Positions 56,401 through 62,203 of a DNA stretch of 64,000 bases are shown here, one piece after another; position 1 is the stretch's first letter; every line of letters begins with the position of its first letter. The notes under the pieces were generated by a model. The model searched no databases. It had not been told where the DNA came from and was given only the letters and a program-made list of their open reading frames with translations. Position numbers and translations under genes: made by a program. The stretch comes from Barthelona sp. PCE. Taxonomy: Eukaryota. The DNA is taken from the NCBI GenBank assembly GCA_040285745.1, contig JAUFOR010000002.1, forward strand, positions 1,116,001 through 1,180,000, given 5' to 3'.

Positions 56401-57155
56401 TCTTGCACGCGTCCAATGGCAAGTATCCCACGTGTTCTAATCATCTAAGATCTATTGTTATACCTCTGCTTAACAATGCAGTCCCAATGAGCTGGTTCTT
56501 TGCCACCAAACCTTCAAATCGTATCATGTATCAGTCACACTTGTCAGTTTATCACTATAATTTATCGAAAACGCGTAAACTCACCGTCTATCTTGGAGAT
56601 TTCGAGGTTTCTGTCAACACAACACGTGATTTGATCAATAATTTAATGGAGCAAAACGGTTTTTACAGCCGTACAATTAGCGGGGTGGTATTACACGCTG
56701 GTATTTTCCCAACTTTTTCTTCTTTCATCCTATCAGCAATCATGAATTTGGGCAGGTTATGGCGTGAACGCGCACAATGTCTGTTCATATTCCCGCTGGA
56801 CTTCGAAGGTATCGATGAGCTAATCAAAAACAGCATCATCTCTCCAGCTTTGGTTAAGTTCTGTGATACATCTATAACAGGCGGTCAGGTCACACTGTTG
56901 GATTCGGGTAAGTTCGAGATAGATCTATTGCTTCAACATAATTGCAGACTTCCCCCTATTCAAATGCATGTGGGAACGTTTGATGCTTTACAACACCCTA
57001 ATATTACTGTAATTCCTGTTCGCTTCCCGTTCGATGAGAGCGAATTTCCTTTGAAAGTTAAAGCGCAAGATTTCTATCTTGTTGCCAGTGTGGAACCAAA
57101 GTCAGTTGATCGTGGTCCTAATCGTTTGATTTTGAATGAATTCTGGGGATTCTAG
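41409..57155 (+). CDS. Highly divergent dynein-heavy-chain-like protein (5248 aa) with degenerate P-loops
   Basis: DHC landmarks occur in the expected order: tail (EETKKLSNYFFILE; NYST...FVNMFVNKC), linker (LQQPYVTQYYWRHL; EAKKE...IEDLSRVW), AAA1 (FVYDC; ILRGL...IIFDH), AAA3 (WIIYFTDIQFA), AAA4 (PNGNLCI; KIHFLFD), two coiled coils flanking a globular stalk tip, then AAA5 (FCFDP). Confidence 0.75.
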   Translation: MNQDKSINLKSTLLLFYAPTEVDEILALEQNSTLLSNLEVNGYEIFVYNSDTREIDRPTRFVLPKGDEVGVLLVNESYEWTLAFIEAKRDILASYFTDVVLPMVFVEIPLISLMLDFLQSMGPFLLPSGQLVKMYIILAREMATNPTMRARLFHIINDSIIRFINSNHEIKSPELEIKYYQDYSLRFKMLTDFFGHESFPLLQTIATKTDKSCSETLRHLTEIYKVGIEETKKLSNYFFILEEWLIPITESNSLNKLGRLCNSFFCAYDYLLTQCPNYSTIPNVGLFLKSFVNMFVNKCLSFSNVHGLLDKLHYLDNSLIFRHIRKYGSYYSFKFKDTVAQLSYFKQLFIKYRNDSNSMPVHCDHVGLPLTKEMLSKKTLSHSDKQLNIWSCISYNEIFAGVTRFSTHALDLSEMFHVIDVLAVLTSYGFPEMLRNTDHELFFNALNALQKTCAYFQELSEMMFVDLLRSMFVFDAKGLIDVLHVDSDVFDQIFVRYGSAVRDFDYGLEKSLSVLLTSVQNLSERMVLASHLCMLGSCPLLRLSSGNFRVFILQVFHDIIYQAVFEIMKLAKEIPHNLNELILPCFTQSLLFTAEFKLPQSCVSLDELQISDIQILIEKLTPVLVRCFAYLSSIDVIISKYPEYSDAIITFDEITEILNGLSTDYTAISTDAIASVSRELRRFVDNLIDKVRSTIIELVKLFVPKAEAFIINLASFKENSILFKDDLSDKLEVGITKDFFDPFMSFLRFMKKMNILPFIINNVELNKALKYLIPPKFRSVQGFCLHSRRILFRLLDAVTKYNALRRILTPTIESLLTSELKDAEQQINTCLTEIHWSSSKASDASLLLSTSFRVLKQKADPLLRLLDHCTNLPQFFLKNAIIFDLPTFPQKPLDFLKENMQNAIKIEGVVREWNRQFDEMLSDARIICDISPSDFNWKRFIGLLTNTIVSQLCNILVAEMEELFVILMDSDQPILVDGHAELHGDRITTFPGSSGALKESFRHMMFLTHIVNEELVEKLDIPGFLAVLVSLPVNAFKLIHVPVSTKDEQMDNAVREIKPTEIFDEKAIIDIDIELCRQDTIIDLIDEKLDLDRAFMQLENLCESISTSSNQVFGDMYMQFAFLLDRRELSRFLSLDAVEIYRKVPYNENTLLEYKIPNIIKYYRKFEEFFSQKLAMVANLTEEASSIPSAIRFQFVQFVMKPVKHALNMQLAMLLHELREFITQCISDLTKSVSVWMRLASTSLNTFNRDLTGEFSITSLRGIGPVLETIKYSVKALKRTITISKRLVDAVEDQKLQLSISSDFIGSERRAIASNEMKLKQIFQSKQLLQANMAKYSKLHSSTIRDFINKVHTLIVNFKSDVDARKPFIDIDRYNGCGVEIANVVVNSVDDVKEIIGEKFQELDQIELDLSQVALIQTNFDSSKVEKMRVELNDLDFFWTALESSCTAIVECLGRTFQDCSFESIAENPEEMVELIEKLEYRAHRSWLPMLRYQLSHLETVFRIMRALQQPYVTQYYWRHLSHLVRFELTIENKVDDLMYLLFRDDDIRASISKLIGEAKKEDNHNKHIEDLSRVWLFAKFSSSTKDVVVNTKGCLCKMFDSITYQLSLDEDDVNDERINVEEEGNDFYHPLMRFNNHIINVEECMLDPSTEDSMIASEETSAYDIAGEYDSEMDGINMDIDFDILEHEQEQLDNADAETTVFKHNYINTVSLLNDFQDLVINPLSFINDLDLSDYDSLMSICIHLPIFEELNRSLITLRTCKRLNTRRLDALVEEWREQLYKLRGALRELYALCLFVDCYIYFFAQASVILGDTFELKSDVKGPIDALTRAYRLIDRIAAFVCMLQIADDDIVVEIKETKTFLVSQCWSLVVETCETLSSLHPQMLFISSTKMPLYCFGFGRIFSHFSNCGVTSNSDYTFNSGDIAIINSFIATTFPTLRAASIVENSIISVFDNVGYKIPMVNNIDLERNYNIFTFIRDMEKHCNEIVTVFFNKCKNIEDEFSDMTNLPLDEFGVQIDTWLQRAFELPFSYFRLVLNTLLHFCRSFNISMVEYYRSFISSLRRACAIEDEFIKHRNVISTMIGYDALKTNVVRPIDMEFNSSGGSFVLHSSKSDAKTLSFDNAVMSSTEIFSGNIAENELEEELMIIEDEEDEFNDFDEDEEQMEEDSSISWTDHICYFDIEFNLDDKTAKIDDLTMDLSRQIVTSYPSPAAYKQYWNVIKNIFAATTLGNNFLLFGEGYHMRQTLLQSFVVLSCQSIFVYDCANFLKLFKENDERSALMLFHSILRGLVDAAHLTKTIIIFDHTCLLSDRLLNILNNDIPQQGIGFLYNKGFEQKIHLNAVPIYMPSTFGSSTSFYFNVFLSLCFLKGQLTNVYSFSLHVSKILSTLVLYMKVLGIDLRIRVVELRRVLDGTLNVWKAFEKSEEDTIYSNEQAHLRLCQCFSYALQQWLDLFLPASLHSSIRYGAHTQRLFSEENTFELLLNRIIPSSKKLKELKFPERYDIFANSSYSMEGQSVKLEKTIQLLHSALSHYDDLVLYFYAASDYHVFKAVEDILKVYYHKSQKRKEMIITSTIRNNTLFGDEQFIGILNDQLMTRCLKYIDHFKDSKKIPKLVCVIYISGPLHGDLASFKINLRRKLNVFLKTLRPDVPDARFLFVHALNCGLERVSCISDDIYSNMDFQHHYKADAELRLNYNRNITNMVALGFYCPIILDPLSNSVASRSISQAYFLQRSRFDIHSSHLGKIYGSGTIGVFIISNVIGFMSQFSQEFKSLSTIWASIGSKTELLVRLAGAMPVCEDPIAWLLFISYITCFIGIRRECIRKLDLYYFQRVKEQLGDAIEQEELNEYEYDFSESITGELSISFDQVSNVIDQNINGRTPILLGGYHITALDQLELDWKPVNPSKTGMDDLHTVTLKKRQQSISNEILGYVMRNVNMRKCEVKVSLLDWPLITEHPIVPYIEEKGYIVNTFRFSLTPFTTCESLIRSILSVLPRWSLYDCEPLSDKERWIIYFTDIQFAPPEVISQIVHLSNTKLLYVPSENMTVKLKYCFFSVHGRFYEPLYAPFNDLLLRSANPLSGFVPIEFDAHHDLHMYSNVLLQEWGLVRGTENAVLVHSAVQTLDHVITSLAKSMRQSMSKPFLIITKSQISAIINVMKHHRPCDESFPLSLLSLLVFCIQVFFMLRSATDAEIGHIQNMIETAIRRYFPSKVRLKTRTILRIILVHENMVEWFHEGASTTLSLVDKTKKCGKFYLVNNFKLLRFRLFRKLQKEVSTFSLMNDGWITSVLMGLLFILSTPNGNLCISTSFNFDVAIFKDFIGKSLQKIHQSVNPVEFLYLGEKEKENSTKILEKAIYDMVVEDRKIHFLFDLEFYHCELQSERVIRFLKLFYDATVHGTYYHEFVLQNEFLSPNVKDKIIKFVKERSLLKITPEMVLQEKFRSNFSFVIVTHISSFSYPAESQFLLPLIARIPVFRIRFMDIKAWTTLTEDVMMFLRAKLAKSVGMNLKNSSLIKVKSTVAYRICLTKQDSNTLASFFATLFNHWSRMLPLGCFTISDSPLSVGMNFDAAFIPGTVDNRSLFSFFSVYMHTFIKIYVDVRKMIIAEESSIRDSKRFITNLERSVDKKKKEAEELEVSLAALNDQLDTLINQMSSERLRANSLQVQLEEIKIDLDEKTERSEKVLNHLSNLRDQSEMNARKLNETRRNCSMMLRMSTNSKEESIAVRELVLSDTMNEEAMLTCGLLLVILEQQPPNQQLSAYIPKLRQMLTIDDGLAILLTKFDYEMANMKVIDTAVKMRSIRMPLEENKDNVVLNSIRELILYCFTLRKLRIDIVDTHTLSTEAESDRIAVQDRYLTLKQWHETSSQSIERLIGQTITMSDRIASIKYTIKKSGKIVTSADSILKQLEGVRCALEETTLPQLASLKTFEASVAPNEVNISVRSPEASPLIFSNAKSIFETVEFLKTPSAANVGLGFSPNQSRNVPDLDELFADFNPNATFKHAGSSAILSTLGFFSSRITPLAHQDFIYGSISALMHHDLIKHTSIFDNLVKLLFVDSFVRLRRLIPESTFPTHVPDCIDNVYRMLLEDERELPNGTPQMKLDIQEGELMVDHSPSAGQEDSGPGESSDYTSASERMKTHRSEMSLRSSCSRISESTISASGMLQSALSISQSRMSMSQVNISGNIDDIDVLLPKIKRAKARASMLTPAILGCERLRMDIISLNLGSAISFCFDPMSIIETDLKSLSHPNHIFTDFSDPDLFQRILSAGQSENDLLFISGYDSRSALPHHFMQLLNAVKHSKSFFDIDDVKYPIPKRHFVMVFISENAIVPSVVASPIRDHIIISTPLTVDDLSRTLVFELLRRREKDVYNVICLLTQKADAILVDFHEYRSILAKAVVELPSLLDKLVVSDKIEALQRVLKNFNSVHELADALDLFLNHIINRYVEPLQSVTQTLAALMMAAYELGEKLNKPFICCQYTEIISSLLLILESRNLSDSVARELNRLFCVACAQLPNHYDRLSLGLMFLRFLGLIPQDNIEMLIHLIEGTDEEEEEIDLLSSMNLSSAMIELINSEDEVIMDFVLSSSPFTANFDLPEQLTLVQKLFVVVYFRFEEINIILYQFFKALGMNAITDFTPFKFHSTKGYVEDFQGYHCCCLNWNLQHYIPNDAYFLDPIQPLDTNMFSMSKYLVIPFANNHTEYLMRTFNLLTTDDRYSHIKLYITISDASLFKLPVYIQRKTLVVTSFDNFKSIDIAHNFNFGVIFSLKLVERLASLCKIGIKSLPATMYTSIVCAICWLEVLSIVRVFPCITTAFYEVCLKLANEYHINGRSTANLIQQCSIIFDGHIELQEVNVDVIGVFEYFIEHPFKSVVGKLTEDLSDQFFTELYYTGNEIQDVAVGLFDPSVRSDYGEMIQFQKRFIATMGKPNVNVSSQLCFTDVIEKINNVVEFITHNIPGYIVVPHKHKLVNNSHPMVVALLTHAYSLNHLRNTMITDINTLLHASNGKYPTCSNHLRSIVIPLLNNAVPMSWFFATKPSNRIMYQSHLSVYHYNLSKTRKLTVYLGDFEVSVNTTRDLINNLMEQNGFYSRTISGVVLHAGIFPTFSSFILSAIMNLGRLWRERAQCLFIFPLDFEGIDELIKNSIISPALVKFCDTSITGGQVTLLDSGKFEIDLLLQHNCRLPPIQMHVGTFDALQHPNITVIPVRFPFDESEFPLKVKAQDFYLVASVEPKSVDRGPNRLILNEFWGF

Positions 57156-58042
57156 CGCTTTCTTATCTTTTGTAATAAAAATATAACTGAAATAATGGTA
57201 AATAATCCAAACATATTAACTGCAGTAAAGTCTTTTCTCCTCCAAATAAGACTGGCTAAAATAATGATGAATGGACGCTTAATTGTGTTTAATGCACTAT
57301 GGGTTGAAGGATTGACAGTATTGAGAATTGTTAGGCTCAAAAATGTTTGTAAGAAATGACACACGCCACTAACGATGCTTAGAAACGAAAAAAGAACCTT
57401 TGATTTGCTATTAACAAGAAGCTGGAGGCTATGGAATACGAATTGAATTAAACTATATAAGAATAAACACTCAGAAGGTTGCAATCTCCTATCTTGTTTG
57501 AGTGATGCTTTTGTCATGAATATTTTGGCCACCACGTTCCTGCTACATGAACAAAATGACGATATAAGAGTATATATACAAACCAAGAAAGAAAATGATG
57601 TATCTCCAAACAGAAACAGAAGATTACCAACAACCAAAAAGAAATAGAGAACAAAAACGTTACCTTGTATCCTTTCCTTGAACAGAATACGACTTAGAAT
57701 GCTTGTTATAATAAGTTCTAAAGTTTTAAATGAATTGACGTTTGATATGCTTCCTGATTGTAATGCTAAGGCAAAGAACCAGAAAATACCAACGTGTAAT
57801 AACCCCAACACCAACGTTTGAACATTAAAAAGCTCTAAAAGTCGGCGAAAACTAGTACGAAATACTACAAAGCATAAAATGGAACTAACAATACTCTGAA
57901 ACAGCGTGTTCCCAAGATTAGACTGATGTTTAAGATCAGCTTTTGTTGCCCAATTACGAAGAAAACTAACAAAATACCATAAAACTACATAAAAACCTAA
58001 TTTCACATGATTCTTCTTCTCCCCATATGTTTCATTGATCAT
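57152..58042 (-). CDS. Triose-phosphate/nucleotide-sugar transporter (TPT/SLC35E-like, DMT superfamily)
   Basis: About 9-10 TM helices; FKTLE, SRNVVAK and VNPSTHSALNTIKRPFIII motifs. Confidence 0.85.
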   Translation of the reverse strand: MINETYGEKKNHVKLGFYVVLWYFVSFLRNWATKADLKHQSNLGNTLFQSIVSSILCFVVFRTSFRRLLELFNVQTLVLGLLHVGIFWFFALALQSGSISNVNSFKTLELIITSILSRILFKERIQGNVFVLYFFLVVGNLLFLFGDTSFSFLVCIYTLISSFCSCSRNVVAKIFMTKASLKQDRRLQPSECLFLYSLIQFVFHSLQLLVNSKSKVLFSFLSIVSGVCHFLQTFLSLTILNTVNPSTHSALNTIKRPFIIILASLIWRRKDFTAVNMFGLFTIISVIFLLQKIRKR

Positions 58043-58097
58043 AAACAATGAACACAACTTCTAAAAAATTGATAGGGTTGTAAAATGAAATGCAAAT

Positions 58098-60014
58098 TTA
58101 TTTGAAGGTGTATTGAACTGCTGTTGTATTACTAAAGTATCTTGTATTCTCAAATCCAGGCTCAAAATGGCATGGTATGTCAAGCTGATCTAAAATTTTA
58201 CCTAATTCGATAAAAAAAGCTCGAGAAAAGAAAGTTTCTGATACTTGATCAATAAGTCTTGCTATCTCTGATGTGAACCCTTGGGTTTCTAGCAATCTGC
58301 AAAAATAATATTGCTTAAAACCTTTAAAACACTTAAAATCATTTGGAATTAGAGAAAAAAAATCTGGAATTGTAAAAAAATTTTTTTTAAATATATACAA
58401 CAAATTTGCATAGAATTTACCTCTGACAACATAAGAAAACTTAAGATCAAATGGTTCTTTGCAACAATTTTCATTTAAAGCTAGGTTTAACTGTGAGTAC
58501 GACTTTATCTCATCAAGTGCATCCAAAACATTCCTTAAATAGTATAAATAATCATTATTACCCATCAGGTTGTACAGAAATAGATAATTATTTTCTTTTA
58601 ACACAAAGTTAAGATTATTCATAAATGATTTAAACAATTTAAAAATCAATTTGTAATTAAAACTAGATTCAAAGTAATTATCTCCAGGTTTGTAGTGGAT
58701 TAACAAATGGTTTTTCACGTACAAATACAATGTAATCAACAGTTCTTCATTCAATATTTTGTTGTAAAAATAATACGAGAACTCAGGTATATTGCTTAAC
58801 CAATATATTTCCAAAACTATTTTGATTAGTTTTTGATCATCAGGGTTACTTTCTTCCATTTCCGATTTGTTCTCAATCACAGAACTATGTAAAAGATCCA
58901 AAAAATCCAGCTTCATACCTTTTTGAAAAAACGAAAAAAGCATTTCATTAATAAGGTTTAAAGGCAACTGCACAAACTTATTCAGCTCAATTACGTTCAT
59001 GCTTTCAAGATACTCGGCATCTACGCTGAAAAAATCAAAGAATTTCTTACTAATCCTACCAAAAGAACCATCCATAATGCATTGCAATGATTGAACAACT
59101 GTGCGGAAATCAAGGCACCATGTGAGACACTCCACCTGCACCTGGTCCAACTTTAAATATTGTAAAGAAAATTCCTGCTCAGATACGTCATATAAAACAA
59201 AAAGATTAGGAAAAAGATAATAATACTCTCCTTTAGCACTATTCACTGTTTCTATTTCAATATTATCATCCTTAGAATCCACATACCACCATGTGTCGTA
59301 TTTCAGAACAATAGACGCTGAGTTTAAAACAATCGTTTCTATTGCGGTAGCATTGTATAATTCTTCGTTTTTCTTCATTAAATACCGAAGATCGTTTAAC
59401 GATTTAGGCTCAACTACCTTTGGTATAAAATTTTCTATGTTTTCATGTGTAGTGAAGCTACTTATACTTGGTGTTGTACTTGTTGCTGCTCGTACAAAAC
59501 TGGATGGGGATTCGTAGTTGGAAATGGATATCTCCAGAGGCGGGGTTGTCAGCCCATGATTCACCGGAGACGATATCGGAGAAGTTACAAGGATAGTTGC
59601 AAGGTCCTCAATCATATCGCGATTGATCATATGATTCATGATGTTCCTTACACTTTCAAGAACATCTGGCCTGTGTATCCATAGTGAAATGCATGTTTCA
59701 TCCGATAGAGTCACTTTTAACCCTGTGATCATGCCGCTATCTGTAGTAATACTATCAATGTTGGAGCCTGCAAGAGAACAAGCAAAAAAAAGGTTGTCAA
59801 GATTCCGTACAACTGCGGAATTGAGCCCCTGCTCGAGGATATATTCGCGTTCGGAGCTATCAACCGAGTAAAATATCATTTGTGAGTCTAGAGCAACTAA
59901 ACACTCCCCGCAATCGTCTGTGTCGATCTTGGCCTCACAGAGAAAAACTAAATCATCATTCATGGCATTGTTATGTGTGTAGAAGGTGATATTGTGGAAA
60001 ACAAGTCTATTCAT
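58098..60014 (-). CDS. Hypothetical protein (638 aa; start may be the ATG at 59963)
   Basis: Long ORF with a Ser/Thr/Pro-rich linker and an AT-rich, probably helical C-terminal half. No family recognised. Confidence 0.65.
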   Translation of the reverse strand: MNRLVFHNITFYTHNNAMNDDLVFLCEAKIDTDDCGECLVALDSQMIFYSVDSSEREYILEQGLNSAVVRNLDNLFFACSLAGSNIDSITTDSGMITGLKVTLSDETCISLWIHRPDVLESVRNIMNHMINRDMIEDLATILVTSPISSPVNHGLTTPPLEISISNYESPSSFVRAATSTTPSISSFTTHENIENFIPKVVEPKSLNDLRYLMKKNEELYNATAIETIVLNSASIVLKYDTWWYVDSKDDNIEIETVNSAKGEYYYLFPNLFVLYDVSEQEFSLQYLKLDQVQVECLTWCLDFRTVVQSLQCIMDGSFGRISKKFFDFFSVDAEYLESMNVIELNKFVQLPLNLINEMLFSFFQKGMKLDFLDLLHSSVIENKSEMEESNPDDQKLIKIVLEIYWLSNIPEFSYYFYNKILNEELLITLYLYVKNHLLIHYKPGDNYFESSFNYKLIFKLFKSFMNNLNFVLKENNYLFLYNLMGNNDYLYYLRNVLDALDEIKSYSQLNLALNENCCKEPFDLKFSYVVRGKFYANLLYIFKKNFFTIPDFFSLIPNDFKCFKGFKQYYFCRLLETQGFTSEIARLIDQVSETFFSRAFFIELGKILDQLDIPCHFEPGFENTRYFSNTTAVQYTFK

Positions 60015-60232
60015 ATTTCATCACTTTTTGTACTTGTTCAGATGGGGATCTGCCGGAATAGGTCACATAGAGTGCGATGTATGTGTATTATCAAATAAGT
60101 GATAAGTATTCTCTTCACAGGTTTTTTTAAATTCATGTGACATGGATTTCAGATGAGGTCCACTGACTTTCTTGCGAATGCACATCCATATGATTCTTTA
60201 TATAGATGTTGTACCATTTCTAACCCTTTTCA

Positions 60233-60421
60233 ATGAGTTCTAAAACTGATGATAAATTAGAAGAAGTTCCACCGCCGAGCGGCCTGGTATTCTCCGAGCG
60301 CGTGTTCCACAATGAGGCACTTTGTCCACCCAAGATTATTCCACTGAAATCTGTTACTTTGCAACGTCTTGAACGTATGGAAAAAGAAGCGGCTCAGATG
60401 TGGCGAGAGGATGATCAATAG
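60233..60421 (+). CDS. BBIP1: BBSome-interacting protein BBIP10/BBS18
   Basis: EVPPPSGLVFSE...LCPPKIIPLKSVTLQRLERM matches the BBIP1 pattern EVLPKQG.LF.E...LCKPKLLPLKS.TLEKLEKM. Confidence 0.88.
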   Translation: MSSKTDDKLEEVPPPSGLVFSERVFHNEALCPPKIIPLKSVTLQRLERMEKEAAQMWREDDQ

Positions 60422-60459
60422 CTTTCAATATGAAGCATATATGTTTAATAGCTGTAGAT

Positions 60460-61992
60460 TTAAAGGAGTTTTACTTCATTTGTCACGATTCCATCCATAT
60501 GCATGTTTCCAATTTTTGAAACCCTGAACGCAAACTCAATGTCTTCACGGTTGATTGACGGTTTACGTAATAACTTTGCATGAGCAATTGAGATTCTCAC
60601 AATACTACTTAGCACTTCTGTTTCTGCTTTTTTCTTCAAAATAACTTGTGAAAATGATCGTATGTTGCGAATAAACGACTTTAAGATGTTTAGAGCACTG
60701 GAACCAAACTCTGGAACATGTCGCTGACACATCTCAATGTAGCTGCTCAAATTTATCGATTCTTCCTTGGATACACACAAATTTTCAATGATGCTGCTAA
60801 TACTTGATGTCCCTATTGTGGATACACATATATCAGCAGCCTGAATCATCTTACTATTGGGTGTGTCAACCGTCGCCATGACTGGTATTTGAACTTTGTG
60901 AGGTTCTAGAGTTGCTGTTTTGTGACTGATGGAAACAACAGAAGTGCTGATGGTGCGCAACAACTGAGAGAGCTGAATATCACTTAATACTTGAAGTTCA
61001 TCCACGGCCAGCATAGATGTTCCTCCCCACACACCGAACGAGTCAAAATCTGCGGTGAATGTCTTGGTTGTGACCTGGTCTGCGTATATGAACCGTGTAT
61101 TGGGGAAAATTCTACGGGCTTCCATCAACAGTGATGTTTTCCCTGATCCGGATTCGCCGAACAGTAGAAAGAAGATGTTCTGTCTGGACGTCATGATCTG
61201 AGTTGTCTGAGATACCAACGTTATTAAGACAAGAAGCTTTAACATGTCGCACCCAGAAATATTTGTTGCAAATTGACTTACCAGGAATTTTTTTGTTGTT
61301 TTGCTATCCCGGAACGATAAAGTGTACGGAATCGGTTGAACATTGGGGGGTTCAATACCAATAATTTGAAACAATGCTATTTGCTTCTTCCTCTCAAATA
61401 CAACGTCAAAAAAGCCTGTAAACATATAAGAACCTCCTAGTTCGAGACTTCCTTCATTCCCATATATCACAGCATCAATTATTGTGGTGAAATCATTCGG
61501 AAACCGGAGTTTCATCTTTCTACATTGTCGCTTCGTGGTTTCCATCATAGCTCCGCATTTTTGACACTTCAGATGCTGCACGCTCAACCCTCCACACTGC
61601 GGGTTAAGGCAGTTGTTTATATATGAATCTGTAAAGTACTTTTCATCTGCCTGCGAAAGTCTGGCGAAAAAAGAAACTAGTCTATTAGGATTGTGTATCT
61701 TTGGCATGGATACAAGGTAGTTTCTTGGTGTTTTCGGCAGGCCTGTATATCGGAAAGTTATCATATCACTCATTCCAAGTTTATCAATGCATTGAATAAG
61801 AAATGACCGTTCAAATGACGCTAAATCAGTAAGTATGGACAGTCCAATGTCTGGATAGTGACTAATAGTTTTGGATATGTCGATTATGACAACGTTCTCA
61901 TTACAAACCTCAAGATCTCGGACTTTAAAGCAGGAACTCTGTTCAATGTACTCGTTTAGTGTGTCTGTTTCAGTAATTTTTGCCCTAGGCAC
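60460..61992 (-). CDS. Divergent MCM-family AAA+ protein (MCM8/MCM9/MCMDC2-like); start codon unresolved
   Basis: OB fold with Zn finger (CLNPQC...CQKC), ISGCDMLKLLVLITLV, Walker A GESGSGKT, Walker B AVDE, and IVRISIAHAKL...EDIEFA. Confidence 0.75.
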   Translation of the reverse strand: MPRAKITETDTLNEYIEQSSCFKVRDLEVCNENVVIIDISKTISHYPDIGLSILTDLASFERSFLIQCIDKLGMSDMITFRYTGLPKTPRNYLVSMPKIHNPNRLVSFFARLSQADEKYFTDSYINNCLNPQCGGLSVQHLKCQKCGAMMETTKRQCRKMKLRFPNDFTTIIDAVIYGNEGSLELGGSYMFTGFFDVVFERKKQIALFQIIGIEPPNVQPIPYTLSFRDSKTTKKFLVSQFATNISGCDMLKLLVLITLVSQTTQIMTSRQNIFFLLFGESGSGKTSLLMEARRIFPNTRFIYADQVTTKTFTADFDSFGVWGGTSMLAVDELQVLSDIQLSQLLRTISTSVVSISHKTATLEPHKVQIPVMATVDTPNSKMIQAADICVSTIGTSSISSIIENLCVSKEESINLSSYIEMCQRHVPEFGSSALNILKSFIRNIRSFSQVILKKKAETEVLSSIVRISIAHAKLLRKPSINREDIEFAFRVSKIGNMHMDGIVTNEVKLL

Positions 61993-62203
61993 ACACTGTG
62001 CTTAAAAATAGTAAAAAATAACAAATGTTAATGAGTGAGAAAATCGAAACGATGATTTTTTTCATTAAGTAAAGTTTGCTGTATATTTACAGGTTCTAAA
62101 ATTATAACTTAAACATTTTGGTAACTATAGAATTCGTCATTTTCAATAAACTACAGCAAATACCTAATTTTTATACTCATGAATATTGAATAATCGCTTG
62201 TTT

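Noticed and set aside
60079-60120. GTATGT...CACAG possible intron upstream of BBIP1
   Set aside because: No ACTAAC branch motif, and splicing gives no useful ORF.
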